In this document: in pieces, positions 1 through 8,680 of the stretch | How positions within the stretch are numbered: position 1 is the stretch's first letter | How the letters are laid out: each line of letters begins with the position of its first letter | Assembly (NCBI GenBank): GCA_031260685.1 | Contig: JAISLB010000058.1 | Coordinates: forward strand, 1-51,325 | Direction: 5' to 3' | Length of the DNA: 51,325 nucleotides | Source of the DNA: Oscillospiraceae bacterium | Lineage (GTDB): Bacteria > Bacillota > Clostridia > Oscillospirales > Oscillospiraceae | Made by a program: the position numbers and the translations under genes | Notes under the pieces: generated by a model | Told to the model about the DNA's origin: nothing | Databases searched by the model: none | The model's input: only the letters and a program-made list of their open reading frames with translations

Positions 1-495
1 ATAAGCGACATCATCAGCTTCGCCGCGCTTCCGTCGGACGCGGAGATTTACGCTTTCGTAGACAGCATACAAATCACGGACGAACAGCGCAGGATTTACG
101 CCGAACAACACGGATTGCAAGGCAACGGAGCTGCGGCGGCGTCTCCAAGCCCCGCGTCCGGACTCCGGCAAGGTGAGTACATTTGGGAAACTAGCGATAA
201 GATGCGCTACAAATTTACCTTACTGGACGGAGTACCGCAGCCAATGGGAACGAGCGTTCAGGAAACCTACAACGGAACGGTAACCGAAACCATAATGGCG
301 TATGCGAGTTCCCGGAGTTCCGCGGACGACGAATGGGGCGAATGGAGAGTAGCTCCGCACTATTGGGCGGGATTGCAGTGCAGCGATTGCGAAGAACTAA
401 ACGCTGACGGCGTAATACCGGAATCGTACATGTTGGGCTTCTCGCACGCGTGGAGCGGCGAGTGGAAAAATTCCCCGCCTGTGTACAAATACTAA
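1..495 (+). CDS. hypothetical protein, 5' end outside window
   Basis: Frame 1 is open from base 1 to TAA at 493-495. The track ORF 115..495 begins at an internal TTG. No recognisable motif. Confidence 0.35.
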   Translation: MSDIISFAALPSDAEIYAFVDSIQITDEQRRIYAEQHGLQGNGAAAASPSPASGLRQGEYIWETSDKMRYKFTLLDGVPQPMGTSVQETYNGTVTETIMAYASSRSSADDEWGEWRVAPHYWAGLQCSDCEELNADGVIPESYMLGFSHAWSGEWKNSPPVYKY

Positions 496-527
496 GCGCA
501 TAATAACGATTCAGCGCATATTCGGCA

Positions 528-557
528 TTGACAAGGCTGCCGAATGTGTGATATACT
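528..557 (+). promoter_or_regulatory. sigma-A type promoter (TTGACA-18-TATACT, TGn extended -10)
   Basis: TTGACA at 528-533 and TATACT at 552-557, preceded by tga. The -35 sits in the loop of a 9-bp inverted repeat, CATTCGGCA / TGCCGAATG. Confidence 0.6.
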
Positions 558-600
558 AGGCGAGTTGTTGCAATAAAATACACGTTTTGGAGATTTACGT

Positions 601-1275
601 ATGAACCCTGATATACAATACTTTGCGTACCTTTGGCAAAACCGCCGCGCTCCGAGCGTTGGTCACAGCGCGGAGCTTTGGGACAAGCGCGCAGCCGAAT
701 GGATAGCGGATCTCGAGGCAAACGGCGAGGACGCTAAGGGCGTAGCACGCGAACGCGCTATTTCGGCGTTTCTCCGCTCTAAGGGTTTACTCACCGCCGA
801 GCAGCGCGTTATCGACATCGGCTGCGGACCTGCGACGTTTACTCTCGACTTTGCCGCTACCTGTAAGGAAGCGATAGGTCTCGATTACAGCAGAACCTTT
901 ACGGAATACGGAGCCGCGCAAGCCGCTAAACTCGGGCGCACTAACGTAAGCTTCATAACTGCCGATTTCGAAGCTATCGACGTAAAGGCGGAGGAACTCG
1001 AACACGCCTTCGACCTTGTGTTTACGTCGATAACTCCCGCAGCGTCCAACTGGGACAAAATGCAAAAGGTTATGACGCTCTCACGCTCCTACGTATGTAA
1101 CGTAGCTGCGGTAGCGTCAAGCGACGGCAACCCGCGCTTCAGCGGAACGGGCTTTTACAGTTTATGGAACTTGCTGTGGCTCTCGGGCTATCTCCCGGAA
1201 ACGTTCTACTATACCGAACATAAAGGGCGCGGGAGCTACACCTACGGCGTAATACTATGGTCTGTTAACAGATGA
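601..1275 (+). CDS. class I SAM-dependent methyltransferase
   Basis: Motif I VIDIGCGPATFTLDFA, followed by acidic LDYS and FDLVFTS motifs typical of the Methyltransf_11/25 fold. Confidence 0.7.
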   Translation: MNPDIQYFAYLWQNRRAPSVGHSAELWDKRAAEWIADLEANGEDAKGVARERAISAFLRSKGLLTAEQRVIDIGCGPATFTLDFAATCKEAIGLDYSRTFTEYGAAQAAKLGRTNVSFITADFEAIDVKAEELEHAFDLVFTSITPAASNWDKMQKVMTLSRSYVCNVAAVASSDGNPRFSGTGFYSLWNLLWLSGYLPETFYYTEHKGRGSYTYGVILWSVNR

Positions 1276-1304
1276 CAGATAGTTAGATAGCAGATAGCAG
1301 ATAT
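1269..1304. repeat. tandem 7-8 nt array (CAGATAG type, about 5 units)
   Basis: cagatga cagatag ttagatag cagatag cagatat. The first unit contains the TGA stop of the methyltransferase. Confidence 0.85.
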
Positions 1305-1316
1305 GGTGGGTACGAT

Positions 1317-2300
1317 TTGAAGAAATACACGCTGATTGTGATAATTCTGGGCGTATTGGTGGCGCTCGGCATTGTGCTGTCGTTCGCTTTGGGACGTTAT
1401 CCGATTTCCGTGGAGGCACTTTTAGAGATAGTTCGCGGGGGCGGTACGTCCACTCAGCGCGCGTTATTTTTCAACGTACGTTTGCCGAGGATTTTGCTTG
1501 CCTGTATGGTGGGCTGCTCAATCTCCGCCGCGGGAGCCTCGTATCAGGGAGTTTTCCAAAACCCTATGGCAGCTCCGGACATTTTAGGCGCATCTTCGGG
1601 AGCCGCCGCCGGAGCTTCGGTCGCGATACTGCTGCAATTCTCCGGGCGCGGGATTATGCTCACAGCTTTTGCCGCAAGCTTAGCGACTATCGCACTCGTA
1701 ATGGCTGTCAGCAAAGCCGCACGCGGTAACAAGCTCCTCGGGATTATCCTCGCGGGCATTATGGTCTCGTCACTCGCAAACGCTGTTACCTCATTCGTTA
1801 AGATTGTCGCGGACCCGTATAACACCTTGCCGGAGATAACCTTTTGGCTGCTCGGAAGTTTGAAAAAGACTAACCTTTCGGACGTACCTCTCGCGGCGCT
1901 TCCTATGGCAATCGGGCTAATACCGCTCTTGCTCCTGCGCTGGCGGATAAATTTGCTCACGTTATCCGACAGCGAGGCGCGGACAATGGGCGTCAACGCC
2001 TCGAGAACCCGCGTAATCGTCATCGTCTGCGCAACTCTCATTACCGCCGCAAGCGTTGCCGTCAGCGGGCTAATCGGCTGGGTAGGCTTAGTTATCCCGC
2101 ACCTGACGCGCAGACTTGTCGGAAACAACTTCCGGCATCTCCTCCCCGCGAGTATGCTCGGCGGAGCCTTATTCCTGCTGCTCGTTGACGATATTTCGCG
2201 CAATCTGCTGGTAACTGAGATACCGCTCGGGATTTTGACCTCGGTGGTGGGCGCACCGTTCTTCCTCTGGCTGATAACCCGAAAGCGCGAGGAGTATTGA
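1317..2300 (+). CDS. iron-siderophore/cobalamin-type ABC transporter permease (FecCD/BtuC family)
   Basis: About 9 hydrophobic segments. FecCD-type motifs LLGASSGAAAGA, ITFWLLGSL and TSVVGAPFFLWL. TTG start with a GGTGGG RBS. Confidence 0.9.
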   Translation: MKKYTLIVIILGVLVALGIVLSFALGRYPISVEALLEIVRGGGTSTQRALFFNVRLPRILLACMVGCSISAAGASYQGVFQNPMAAPDILGASSGAAAGASVAILLQFSGRGIMLTAFAASLATIALVMAVSKAARGNKLLGIILAGIMVSSLANAVTSFVKIVADPYNTLPEITFWLLGSLKKTNLSDVPLAALPMAIGLIPLLLLRWRINLLTLSDSEARTMGVNASRTRVIVIVCATLITAASVAVSGLIGWVGLVIPHLTRRLVGNNFRHLLPASMLGGALFLLLVDDISRNLLVTEIPLGILTSVVGAPFFLWLITRKREEY

Positions 2301-2301
2301 G

Positions 2302-3039
2302 ATGATTATAGTCAAAAACCTCTCGTTTTCCTACGGCAAAGCGCAGGTACTGCGCAACGTGAGCTTCACGGCGGAGCGCGGAGAGCTGCTCGCGGTTCTC
2401 GGTCCCAACGGAGTGGGAAAAAGCACGCTGTTCCGCTGTATACTGGGACTCGCGAAGCCGCAATCGGGCGAAATATTCCTAGACGGCGAACGTGTCAGCT
2501 CAATCCGCCCGAACGACTTAGCGCATAAGCTTGCGTACGTACCGCAGTCCCACGCGCCTACGTTCAATTACAGCGTGTTCGATATGGCGCTGATGGGAAC
2601 CACGGCGCAGGTCGGCGGCTTGTCAAGCCCGGGAGCCGCGCAAATCAAGCTCGTGAACGAAGCTCTCGAACGTGTGGGAATTCTCGCGCTCAAGAACCGC
2701 GGCTACCTGGAAATAAGCGGCGGCGAACGTCAGCTGACGCTTATCGCGAGAGCCTTAGCTCAAAAGGCCGATACGCTAGTGCTCGACGAGCCTACGTCCA
2801 ATCTCGACTACGGCAATCAGCTGAAAGTCCTCGCACAGGCGAAAGAACTCGCAAACTCCGGCTATACCGTTATCCAAAGTACTCATAACCCCGACCAGGC
2901 GGCACTATTCGCGGATAGAGTACTCGCGCTCAAGGGCGGTACAGTTCGCGCACTCGGAAGCAGTGAAATACTCACCGATGAGCTAATCGGTGAGCTGTAC
3001 GATATAGACTTGTCCGCGCTGAAACTCTACCGGCGGTAA
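2302..3039 (+). CDS. ABC transporter ATP-binding protein (FecE/BtuD type)
   Basis: Walker A GPNGVGKST, signature SGGERQ, Walker B LVLDEPTS, H-loop STHN. Starts 1 nt after the permease stop. Confidence 0.9.
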   Translation: MIIVKNLSFSYGKAQVLRNVSFTAERGELLAVLGPNGVGKSTLFRCILGLAKPQSGEIFLDGERVSSIRPNDLAHKLAYVPQSHAPTFNYSVFDMALMGTTAQVGGLSSPGAAQIKLVNEALERVGILALKNRGYLEISGGERQLTLIARALAQKADTLVLDEPTSNLDYGNQLKVLAQAKELANSGYTVIQSTHNPDQAALFADRVLALKGGTVRALGSSEILTDELIGELYDIDLSALKLYRR

Positions 3040-3045
3040 ACGCGC

Positions 3046-3085
3046 CAACTAACCACTAACCACTAACCACTAACCACTGACAACT
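3046..3085. repeat. tandem heptamer array (AACCACT x4 plus degenerate flanks)
   Basis: caact aaccact aaccact aaccact aaccact gacaact, between convergent genes. The tgt stop (TAG, 3070-3072) and its last codons lie inside the array. Confidence 0.9.
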
Positions 3086-4185
3086 GTTCTAGCGTAGTAG
3101 TCGGCGGCGAATTCGTCAAAAGCGCCCGCCACTATCGCGCTTCTTATGTCCTCCGTGAGCCTGTTATAGTGCCGGAGATTGTGCAATACGGCAAAGCGCA
3201 GCCCGAGTATTTCTCCGCTCTTGAACAAATGCCGGATGTAGCTTCGGCTGTAACCGCCTTTACATACCGGACAGTCGCAGCCGGCGTCGAGAATTCGTCC
3301 GTCTGCCGCGTACTGTTCGTTTTTTATGTTCAGCACTCCCGATTGAGTGTAGAACTTACCGTGTCTGCCGTTCCGCGCGGGAAGTACGCAGTCGAACATA
3401 TCAACGCCGCGCCGTACCGCTTCGAGGATATTGTACGGGGTTCCGACGCCCATTAGGTAACGCGGTTTGTCAGACGGCATTGCGGGAACGATATAGTCAA
3501 GCGCGGCGTACATTTCCTCCGTGCTTTCCCCGACAGCTAAGCCGCCGATAGCATAGCCCGGAAGTCCGAGCGCGGCGATATCGCGCATATGTTTCAGGCG
3601 TATCTCGCGGTAGGTTCCGCCCTGATTGATTCCGAACAGCGCGGAAGCGGACTGCGAACATCCGAGTTCCTCAATACAGCGTTCCAGCCAGCGCGTAGTG
3701 CGCTCCGCCGATTCCTCCACGTATTTGTAATCCGCGGGAAGCGCTATACACTCGTCAAAAGCCATAATAATGTCGCTCCCGAGCGCGATTTGGGTTTGCA
3801 CGGAAACTTCGGGAGTAAGCGTTATACGTTTACCGTCGATATGAGAGTTGAAAGCAACTCCGCTCTCAGTGATTTTGCGTAAGCGTCCGAGCGAATAGAC
3901 CTGAAACCCTCCGCTGTCCGTGAGAATCGGCTTATTCCAGCGCATAAAGCCGTGCAAAGCTCCCGCCGTGCGAATCGTTTCCGCTCCCGGACGCAGGAAC
4001 AGATGATAGGTGTTCGCAAGCGCAATCTGGCAGCCGATTTCGCCGAGGTCACGCGCAGACAAGCCGCCCTTGATAGCCGCTTGCGTAGCGACATTCATAA
4101 AGCAGGGGGTTTGCACTTCGCCGTGAGCCGTGGTAATTGTCCCGCGCCTGGCATCTCCGGAGCTGTGAGTACGATTGAAGGTCAT
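3070..4185 (-). CDS. tgt: tRNA-guanine transglycosylase (queuine tRNA-ribosyltransferase)
   Basis: TPCFMNVATQAAIKG, LTDSGGFQV, YAIGGLAVGE and zinc motif CDCPVC...H. I place the start at ATG 4185, which forms an ATGA overlap with the upstream stop; the track start is 4203. Confidence 0.9.
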   Translation of the reverse strand: MTFNRTHSSGDARRGTITTAHGEVQTPCFMNVATQAAIKGGLSARDLGEIGCQIALANTYHLFLRPGAETIRTAGALHGFMRWNKPILTDSGGFQVYSLGRLRKITESGVAFNSHIDGKRITLTPEVSVQTQIALGSDIIMAFDECIALPADYKYVEESAERTTRWLERCIEELGCSQSASALFGINQGGTYREIRLKHMRDIAALGLPGYAIGGLAVGESTEEMYAALDYIVPAMPSDKPRYLMGVGTPYNILEAVRRGVDMFDCVLPARNGRHGKFYTQSGVLNIKNEQYAADGRILDAGCDCPVCKGGYSRSYIRHLFKSGEILGLRFAVLHNLRHYNRLTEDIRSAIVAGAFDEFAADYYARTVVSG

Positions 4186-5030
4186 TGCAGCACCCTCGCC
4201 CAATTATCGTAGAATACAGCGTCCGCAAGCTTTTCTCCCGCGGTTTTTTCGAGAGCTTCGTACAAGCGTACGAGGCTTTCGACTGTTTCAAGACCCTCCG
4301 GCGGCGTAATTCCTCCGTCAAAGTCAGTGCCTAAGCCCACCGCGTTTTCGTCGAGTTCGAGGAAGCGGCAAATGTGCGTCGTTACGTCAGCTACGGACGC
4401 TGTACCGCCGGCAGCGAGAAAGCCGGAGTGCAGATTTACGCCCGTAACCCCGCCGCTCTTAGCTATCGCCTTATACTGCGAATCCGTGAGGTTACGCGGA
4501 CAATCGCAGAGAGCCTTAGAGTTGCTGTGGCTCGCAACAAAGGGAACGTTCAGCATACGCGAAACAGCCGCAACGTCCCAGAATCCCGCCTCCGAGAGGT
4601 GCGACACATCGACCAAGACGCGAAGTTCCGCACATTTTGCAGCAAACTTCCTGCCAAGCTCCGACAAGCCCCGGAACGGCTCCTCGGCGCAAGTTCCGGA
4701 CAGGAGATTTGCGTTATTCCACGTAAAATTCAGGAGCCGTACTCCCTCCTCCGCCGCAAGTTCGAGGTTAGCCAGGCTGCAGTCAAGCAGGTGCGCGCCC
4801 TCAACCGCGAGTAAACCGGGAGAACCCGCGTTCCTATACTTTTCAAGCTGCGGAATAAAGCGGTTCTTATAGCCGCAGTGCCTATCGCCCCATATCGCGT
4901 AGACTTGAGTGTACGCAGCGAACTGTCCGCGGCGGGCGGTTTGCAGTTTACCGTCCTTTGAGAGGGTATCGCAGTGAGCGTCAAATAGTTTCAGTGTGTT
5001 CTTCTGAACAAAGTTCAGCCTCCAAAGCAT
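4182..5030 (-). CDS. membrane dipeptidase (peptidase family M19)
   Basis: FDAHCDTL, VDVSHLSE, ASHSNSKALCDCPRNLTD and GLGTDFDGG metal-ligand motifs. The start is uncertain because it overlaps the upstream ORF by 50 nt. Confidence 0.8.
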   Translation of the reverse strand: MLWRLNFVQKNTLKLFDAHCDTLSKDGKLQTARRGQFAAYTQVYAIWGDRHCGYKNRFIPQLEKYRNAGSPGLLAVEGAHLLDCSLANLELAAEEGVRLLNFTWNNANLLSGTCAEEPFRGLSELGRKFAAKCAELRVLVDVSHLSEAGFWDVAAVSRMLNVPFVASHSNSKALCDCPRNLTDSQYKAIAKSGGVTGVNLHSGFLAAGGTASVADVTTHICRFLELDENAVGLGTDFDGGITPPEGLETVESLVRLYEALEKTAGEKLADAVFYDNWARVLQ

Positions 5031-5355
5031 AGTTGTCGGTTGCCTCCCGGAGCGCCGTCAAAACGTAATCCGCGAGCTTCTCCGGTGTAATGTTGTAGCA
5101 GATAGCGGTCAGCCCGAGCTTTACGTCGGTATTGTAGATGACCGAAACTCCGGTACTAGCGTCCGTAACAGAGAATGTAGCCGCGCCGGAAGGCTCTACG
5201 TAGCCTTTAATGTGACCGATGAGCGCACCGTAATCCTCAACTTCACGCGCCAGCGCCGCAATAGACTCCGCAAATCCGCGTACTTTCGCCGCCGAGAAAT
5301 CAGTTGATACTACCGAAGCTCCGTTATGCGTATGCGCGTGCATATCAATTTTCAT
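4981..5355 (-). CDS. small His-rich protein, likely the detached C-terminal domain of a COG0523/CobW GTPase
   Basis: MKIDMHAHTHNG N-terminus followed by a beta-rich IGHIKGYVE...FSVTD...LTAICYNI region. ATG 5355 overlaps the TGA of the GTPase gene (ATGA). Confidence 0.45.
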   Translation of the reverse strand: MKIDMHAHTHNGASVVSTDFSAAKVRGFAESIAALAREVEDYGALIGHIKGYVEPSGAATFSVTDASTGVSVIYNTDVKLGLTAICYNITPEKLADYVLTALREATDNYALEAELCSEEHTETI

Positions 5356-5936
5356 ACTAAGAACCCTTTCCACAGTTCCGTCCGGTCAACGCCGTCAATC
5401 GCGCTGAAACATTGTATTTCGGCGGCGGGATTGACAGTTTTCAATATTTCAAGCGCAGCCTCTTTTTGCTCCGAACTGACCAAATCGCATTTGTTGAGCA
5501 GTATCAAATCCGCGCAGCCGAGTTGGTCGCCGAGAAGCTGCGGCATAGCGTTCCAAAGCCGCGCCCAACGGCTGCAGTCGGCTATCCCGAGAACCGCAGC
5601 CCTTATGCCGAACTGCTCCGCGATGTTGCAGCGTATTTCCAGCGGGTACGCGACGCCTGTTGCTTCGATAATGATGTAATCCGGATTATACTCTCCGCGC
5701 AGAGACGCTATATCGTCCAGAAGCAAACCGCTCGAACCGCAGCAGATACAACCCCCGAAGACTTCTTTCATACGGAGCCCCGCGGAGCGCAGCAGCTTAT
5801 CGTCTACTCCGACCTCGCCTATTTCGTTCTCGATGATAACCGCCGACGCTCCGCTCTCGGTCAGATACTTCGCGAGTTTGAGCAATACGGAAGTCTTGCC
5901 GGATCCGAGAAAGCCCGCGATAAGAATAATCTTCAA
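5352..5936 (-). CDS. COG0523/CobW-family G3E GTPase (metallochaperone), GTPase domain only
   Basis: P-loop GFLGSGKTS, CxCC motif GGCICC, and NKCD. The track N-terminus MIQWSVVSGQWS is translated repeat. I prefer the TTG at 5936, preceded by a GGAGGTG RBS. Confidence 0.8.
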   Translation of the reverse strand: MKIILIAGFLGSGKTSVLLKLAKYLTESGASAVIIENEIGEVGVDDKLLRSAGLRMKEVFGGCICCGSSGLLLDDIASLRGEYNPDYIIIEATGVAYPLEIRCNIAEQFGIRAAVLGIADCSRWARLWNAMPQLLGDQLGCADLILLNKCDLVSSEQKEAALEILKTVNPAAEIQCFSAIDGVDRTELWKGFLV

Positions 5937-5953
5937 TCTAACCACCTCCGCTG

Positions 5954-6025
5954 CTGACCACTGACCACTGACCACTGACCACTGTATCACTGTATCACTG
6001 TATCACTGTATCACTGTTCACTGAC
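5954..6025. repeat. compound tandem array (CTGACCA x4, CTGTATCA x4, ctgttca ctgac)
   Basis: Read directly from the sequence. It lies between the acyl-CoA synthetase stop (6011-6013, inside the array) and the COG0523 start. Confidence 0.95.
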
Positions 6026-7666
6026 TTTACGTATTTCGGCGCGCTTAATCTTTCCGCCGAGCGTTTTCGGCAATTCCTCTACGAATTCTATAATCCGCGG
6101 ATACTTATAGGGAGCCGTAGTGTGCTTCACGTGGTCTTGCAGCTCTTTCACAAGTTCGCCGGAAGCCTCGTAGCCTCTCGCGAGGATTACGGAGGCTTTG
6201 ATGAGCTGTCCGCGAGTTCCCTCCGGGTCGGGAACTCCCGTTATAGCGCATTCAACGACTGCGGGATGTTCAATTAGCGCGGATTCTACCTCAAAGGGTC
6301 CGATTCTATAACCCGAGGATTTTATCATATCGTCGTCGCGCCCTATGAAATTGATGTAACCGTCGCTGTCGCGCCAAGCCATATCGTGCAGGTTATAGCA
6401 GTCGCCGCCTAAAGCGGTCTGCGTAGCTTCCACATCTCCGTAGTAACCTACGAACAAACCTACCGGTTTCTTAGCGGTTACGCAGATTGAGCCCTCTTCG
6501 CCGTCCTCCATTTCGCGTCCGTCCGGAGCGAGAATTTTCACGTTAAGCAGCGGGGACGGCTTACCGGTCGAACCGGGCTTAATATTATCCCAGCCGAAGT
6601 TCGCGATTAGCACAGGTCCCTCGGATTGCCCGAAACCCTCGTGGATTGTGTGACCGGTAAGCTCGCGCCATTGCTTAATAACCTCGGGGTTAAGCGGTTC
6701 GCCCGCTGTCGTACAGTGGTGAAGCCCGCTCAGGTCGTACTGTCCTACGTCCTCCTGCAAGAGAAAACGATAGGTCGTAGGAGGACAGCAGAACGTAGCA
6801 ACGCGGTACTTCGCAAGCTTCTCCAGCAGCTTCGTCGGCTGAAATTTCCCGACCATATCATAGCAGAAGATTGACGCTCCGCATATCCACTGACCGTAGA
6901 TTTTGCCCCAGCCGAACTTAGCCCAAGCGCTGTCAGCGACAGACATATGGAGCTGATTCTCCTCAACGTGCTGCCAGTATTTGGCGGTGATAATATGCCC
7001 GAGAGGATGCAGGAAGTTGTGCATAACCATTTTCGGAAGCTTAGTCGTTCCCGAAGTGAAGTATATTAGCATAATGTCGTCGTTTTCGGTGACACGCTCT
7101 CCGGCGAAGCTGTCCGGGATATTTTCGTCCGCGAGTACCGCTCCGTAATCGGTCCAGCCGTGCCGCGCTTTGCCGACGAGCAGCAGGTTCTTTATACCGG
7201 GCGTAAGTCCCGCCGCGGCTTCCGTCTGTTCCACTATCGAAGCGTCGTCAACGCAGATAAGCGTCGAGATACCCGCGGATTCAGCGCGGTAGACGATGTC
7301 TTTCTTCATCATCTGGAGCGTTCCGGGGATAATCGTCGCGCCGATTTTGCAGAGCGCGGCGGCTGTCACCCAATACTCCCAGCGTCTGCGGAGTACGCAG
7401 AGTACGCGCTCGCCCTTTTGAATCCCGATAGACTTAAAGTAGTTAGCCGCGCGGTTAGACAGGCGGCTGATATCGCCGAATGAGAACGTGCGCTCCTCTC
7501 CCTCATCGTTGACCCAAAGGAGTGCGCGCTTGTCCGGTTCGAGCCTTGCCCATTCGTCAACTATGTCAAAACCAAAGTTGAAGTTGTCAGGTTCGGGAAT
7601 GGTGAAATTTTCCGCGAAGTCGTCGTAAGAGCCGAACTCAATTCGCGGGAGGTATCGTTGTAGCAT
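6011..7666 (-). CDS. AMP-forming acyl-CoA synthetase (medium-chain/ACSM-like)
   Basis: AMP-binding motif YFTSGTTKLPKMV, plus TAGEPLNP, YRIGPFEVES and a C-terminal GKIKR. Confidence 0.85.
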   Translation of the reverse strand: MLQRYLPRIEFGSYDDFAENFTIPEPDNFNFGFDIVDEWARLEPDKRALLWVNDEGEERTFSFGDISRLSNRAANYFKSIGIQKGERVLCVLRRRWEYWVTAAALCKIGATIIPGTLQMMKKDIVYRAESAGISTLICVDDASIVEQTEAAAGLTPGIKNLLLVGKARHGWTDYGAVLADENIPDSFAGERVTENDDIMLIYFTSGTTKLPKMVMHNFLHPLGHIITAKYWQHVEENQLHMSVADSAWAKFGWGKIYGQWICGASIFCYDMVGKFQPTKLLEKLAKYRVATFCCPPTTYRFLLQEDVGQYDLSGLHHCTTAGEPLNPEVIKQWRELTGHTIHEGFGQSEGPVLIANFGWDNIKPGSTGKPSPLLNVKILAPDGREMEDGEEGSICVTAKKPVGLFVGYYGDVEATQTALGGDCYNLHDMAWRDSDGYINFIGRDDDMIKSSGYRIGPFEVESALIEHPAVVECAITGVPDPEGTRGQLIKASVILARGYEASGELVKELQDHVKHTTAPYKYPRIIEFVEELPKTLGGKIKRAEIRKVSEQ

Positions 7667-7681
7667 TGTCGTGTCGTTCCT

Positions 7682-8629
7682 TTACAAGAATAATTCGCCG
7701 AGTGAATCTTTTTCGTGAATGATTTTTATCGTTTTGGCAAACAGCTCCGATACGGAGATGATTTCGATTTTCGGACAGCTCAAAACCTTAGGGTTATAGA
7801 TTGTATCGGTAGTGTAAAGAGTTTCAATCTCGCTGTCCGTAAGAGCTTCAACGCCTTTATCGGATATAGGCGAGTGAGATACAAACGCGATTATGCGCCC
7901 TGCGCCGTTTTTCTTCAGCGCGGCGGCAATCTCTTTGAGTGTTCCGCAGGAGATTGCCAGGTCGTCAACTATAACGGCGGTTTTACCGCTGACATCGCCG
8001 AAGAGGTTCAGGATTTCGGCTTTCTCATCGTGAGCCGAGCGGCGCTTGTTGCCGACAGCCAGCGGAACGTTCAGTTTGTGCGAAAAGTAGCCCGCGTTCT
8101 TTGCAAAACCCTCATCCGGCGATACTATTACGTAATCGCCCAGTTCCAGCGCCTTTATATAATCGCAAAAGATATTAGCCGCGTAGAGGTGGTCAACGGG
8201 TTTACGGAAAAAGCCCTGAATCTGTGGACTGTGCAGGTCCATTGTCACAACCCTGCTGACTCCTACCGCTTCGAGACAGTCCGCGCAGACCCTGGCGCGG
8301 ATTGAGACCCGCGGTTCGTCCTTCTTGTCCGCCTTAGCATAGCTGAAATACGGCATTATGACCGTTACGGAGTTGACGCTTGCCCTGTTAAACGCGTCTA
8401 TCCAGAACAGCAGCTCCATAAATTCGTTGTTCGGGTCGATGCCTATCGTCTGAACTATATAAACGTCATTGCCGCGTACCTTTTCGCCGATTTTGACGTA
8501 AGTGTTGCCCTCCGAGAACGTTATAACCTGACTCTCTCCGAGCGGAACAGCGAGATGTCCGCAGATTTTACGGGCAAACTCGCGGCTCGCCGTCCCGGCG
8601 AAGATTTTTATGCCGTTGTCGTTTCGCAT
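7682..8629 (-). CDS. prs: ribose-phosphate pyrophosphokinase
   Basis: IKIFAGTASREFA, VTVIMPYFSYAKADKK and the PRPP loop VIVDDLAISCGT. AGGAGG RBS. Confidence 0.9.
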   Translation of the reverse strand: MRNDNGIKIFAGTASREFARKICGHLAVPLGESQVITFSEGNTYVKIGEKVRGNDVYIVQTIGIDPNNEFMELLFWIDAFNRASVNSVTVIMPYFSYAKADKKDEPRVSIRARVCADCLEAVGVSRVVTMDLHSPQIQGFFRKPVDHLYAANIFCDYIKALELGDYVIVSPDEGFAKNAGYFSHKLNVPLAVGNKRRSAHDEKAEILNLFGDVSGKTAVIVDDLAISCGTLKEIAAALKKNGAGRIIAFVSHSPISDKGVEALTDSEIETLYTTDTIYNPKVLSCPKIEIISVSELFAKTIKIIHEKDSLGELFL

Positions 8630-8646
8630 TGTTATCCTCCTTTTAA

Positions 8647-8680
8647 CTGACCACTAATCACTGACCACTGCTATCTGTCC
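8647..8680. repeat. tandem heptamer array (CTGACCA / CTAATCA / CTGCTAT)
   Basis: ctgacca ctaatca ctgacca ctgctat ctgtcc. It contains the ROK gene stop (8654-8656) and its last 8 codons (GQIAVVSD). Confidence 0.9.

Noticed and set aside
496-600. Cobalamin riboswitch or other leader upstream of the BtuCD-like unit.
   Set aside because: Only about 40 nt lie between the predicted -10 and the ATG, which is too short. No B12-box-like sequence was seen.
5937-5990. N-terminal extensions in track ORFs that translate the arrays: MIQWSVVSGQWS at 5352..5990, MNIILSVISGQWSVVSGQ at 25523.., SGQWSERGW at 49633..50100, and whole ORFs 20832..21050 and 25348..25701.
   Set aside because: These are repeat-derived open frames, since the TCAGTGG orientation has no stops in any frame. 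Good RBS-preceded internal starts exist at 5936, 25613 and 49992, and homologous families begin there.
5954-6025. Could the tandem arrays be CRISPR arrays?
   Set aside because: The units are 7-8 nt and directly abutting, with no unique spacers of 25-40 nt. No cas genes are in the window, and the arrays are dispersed at many loci.
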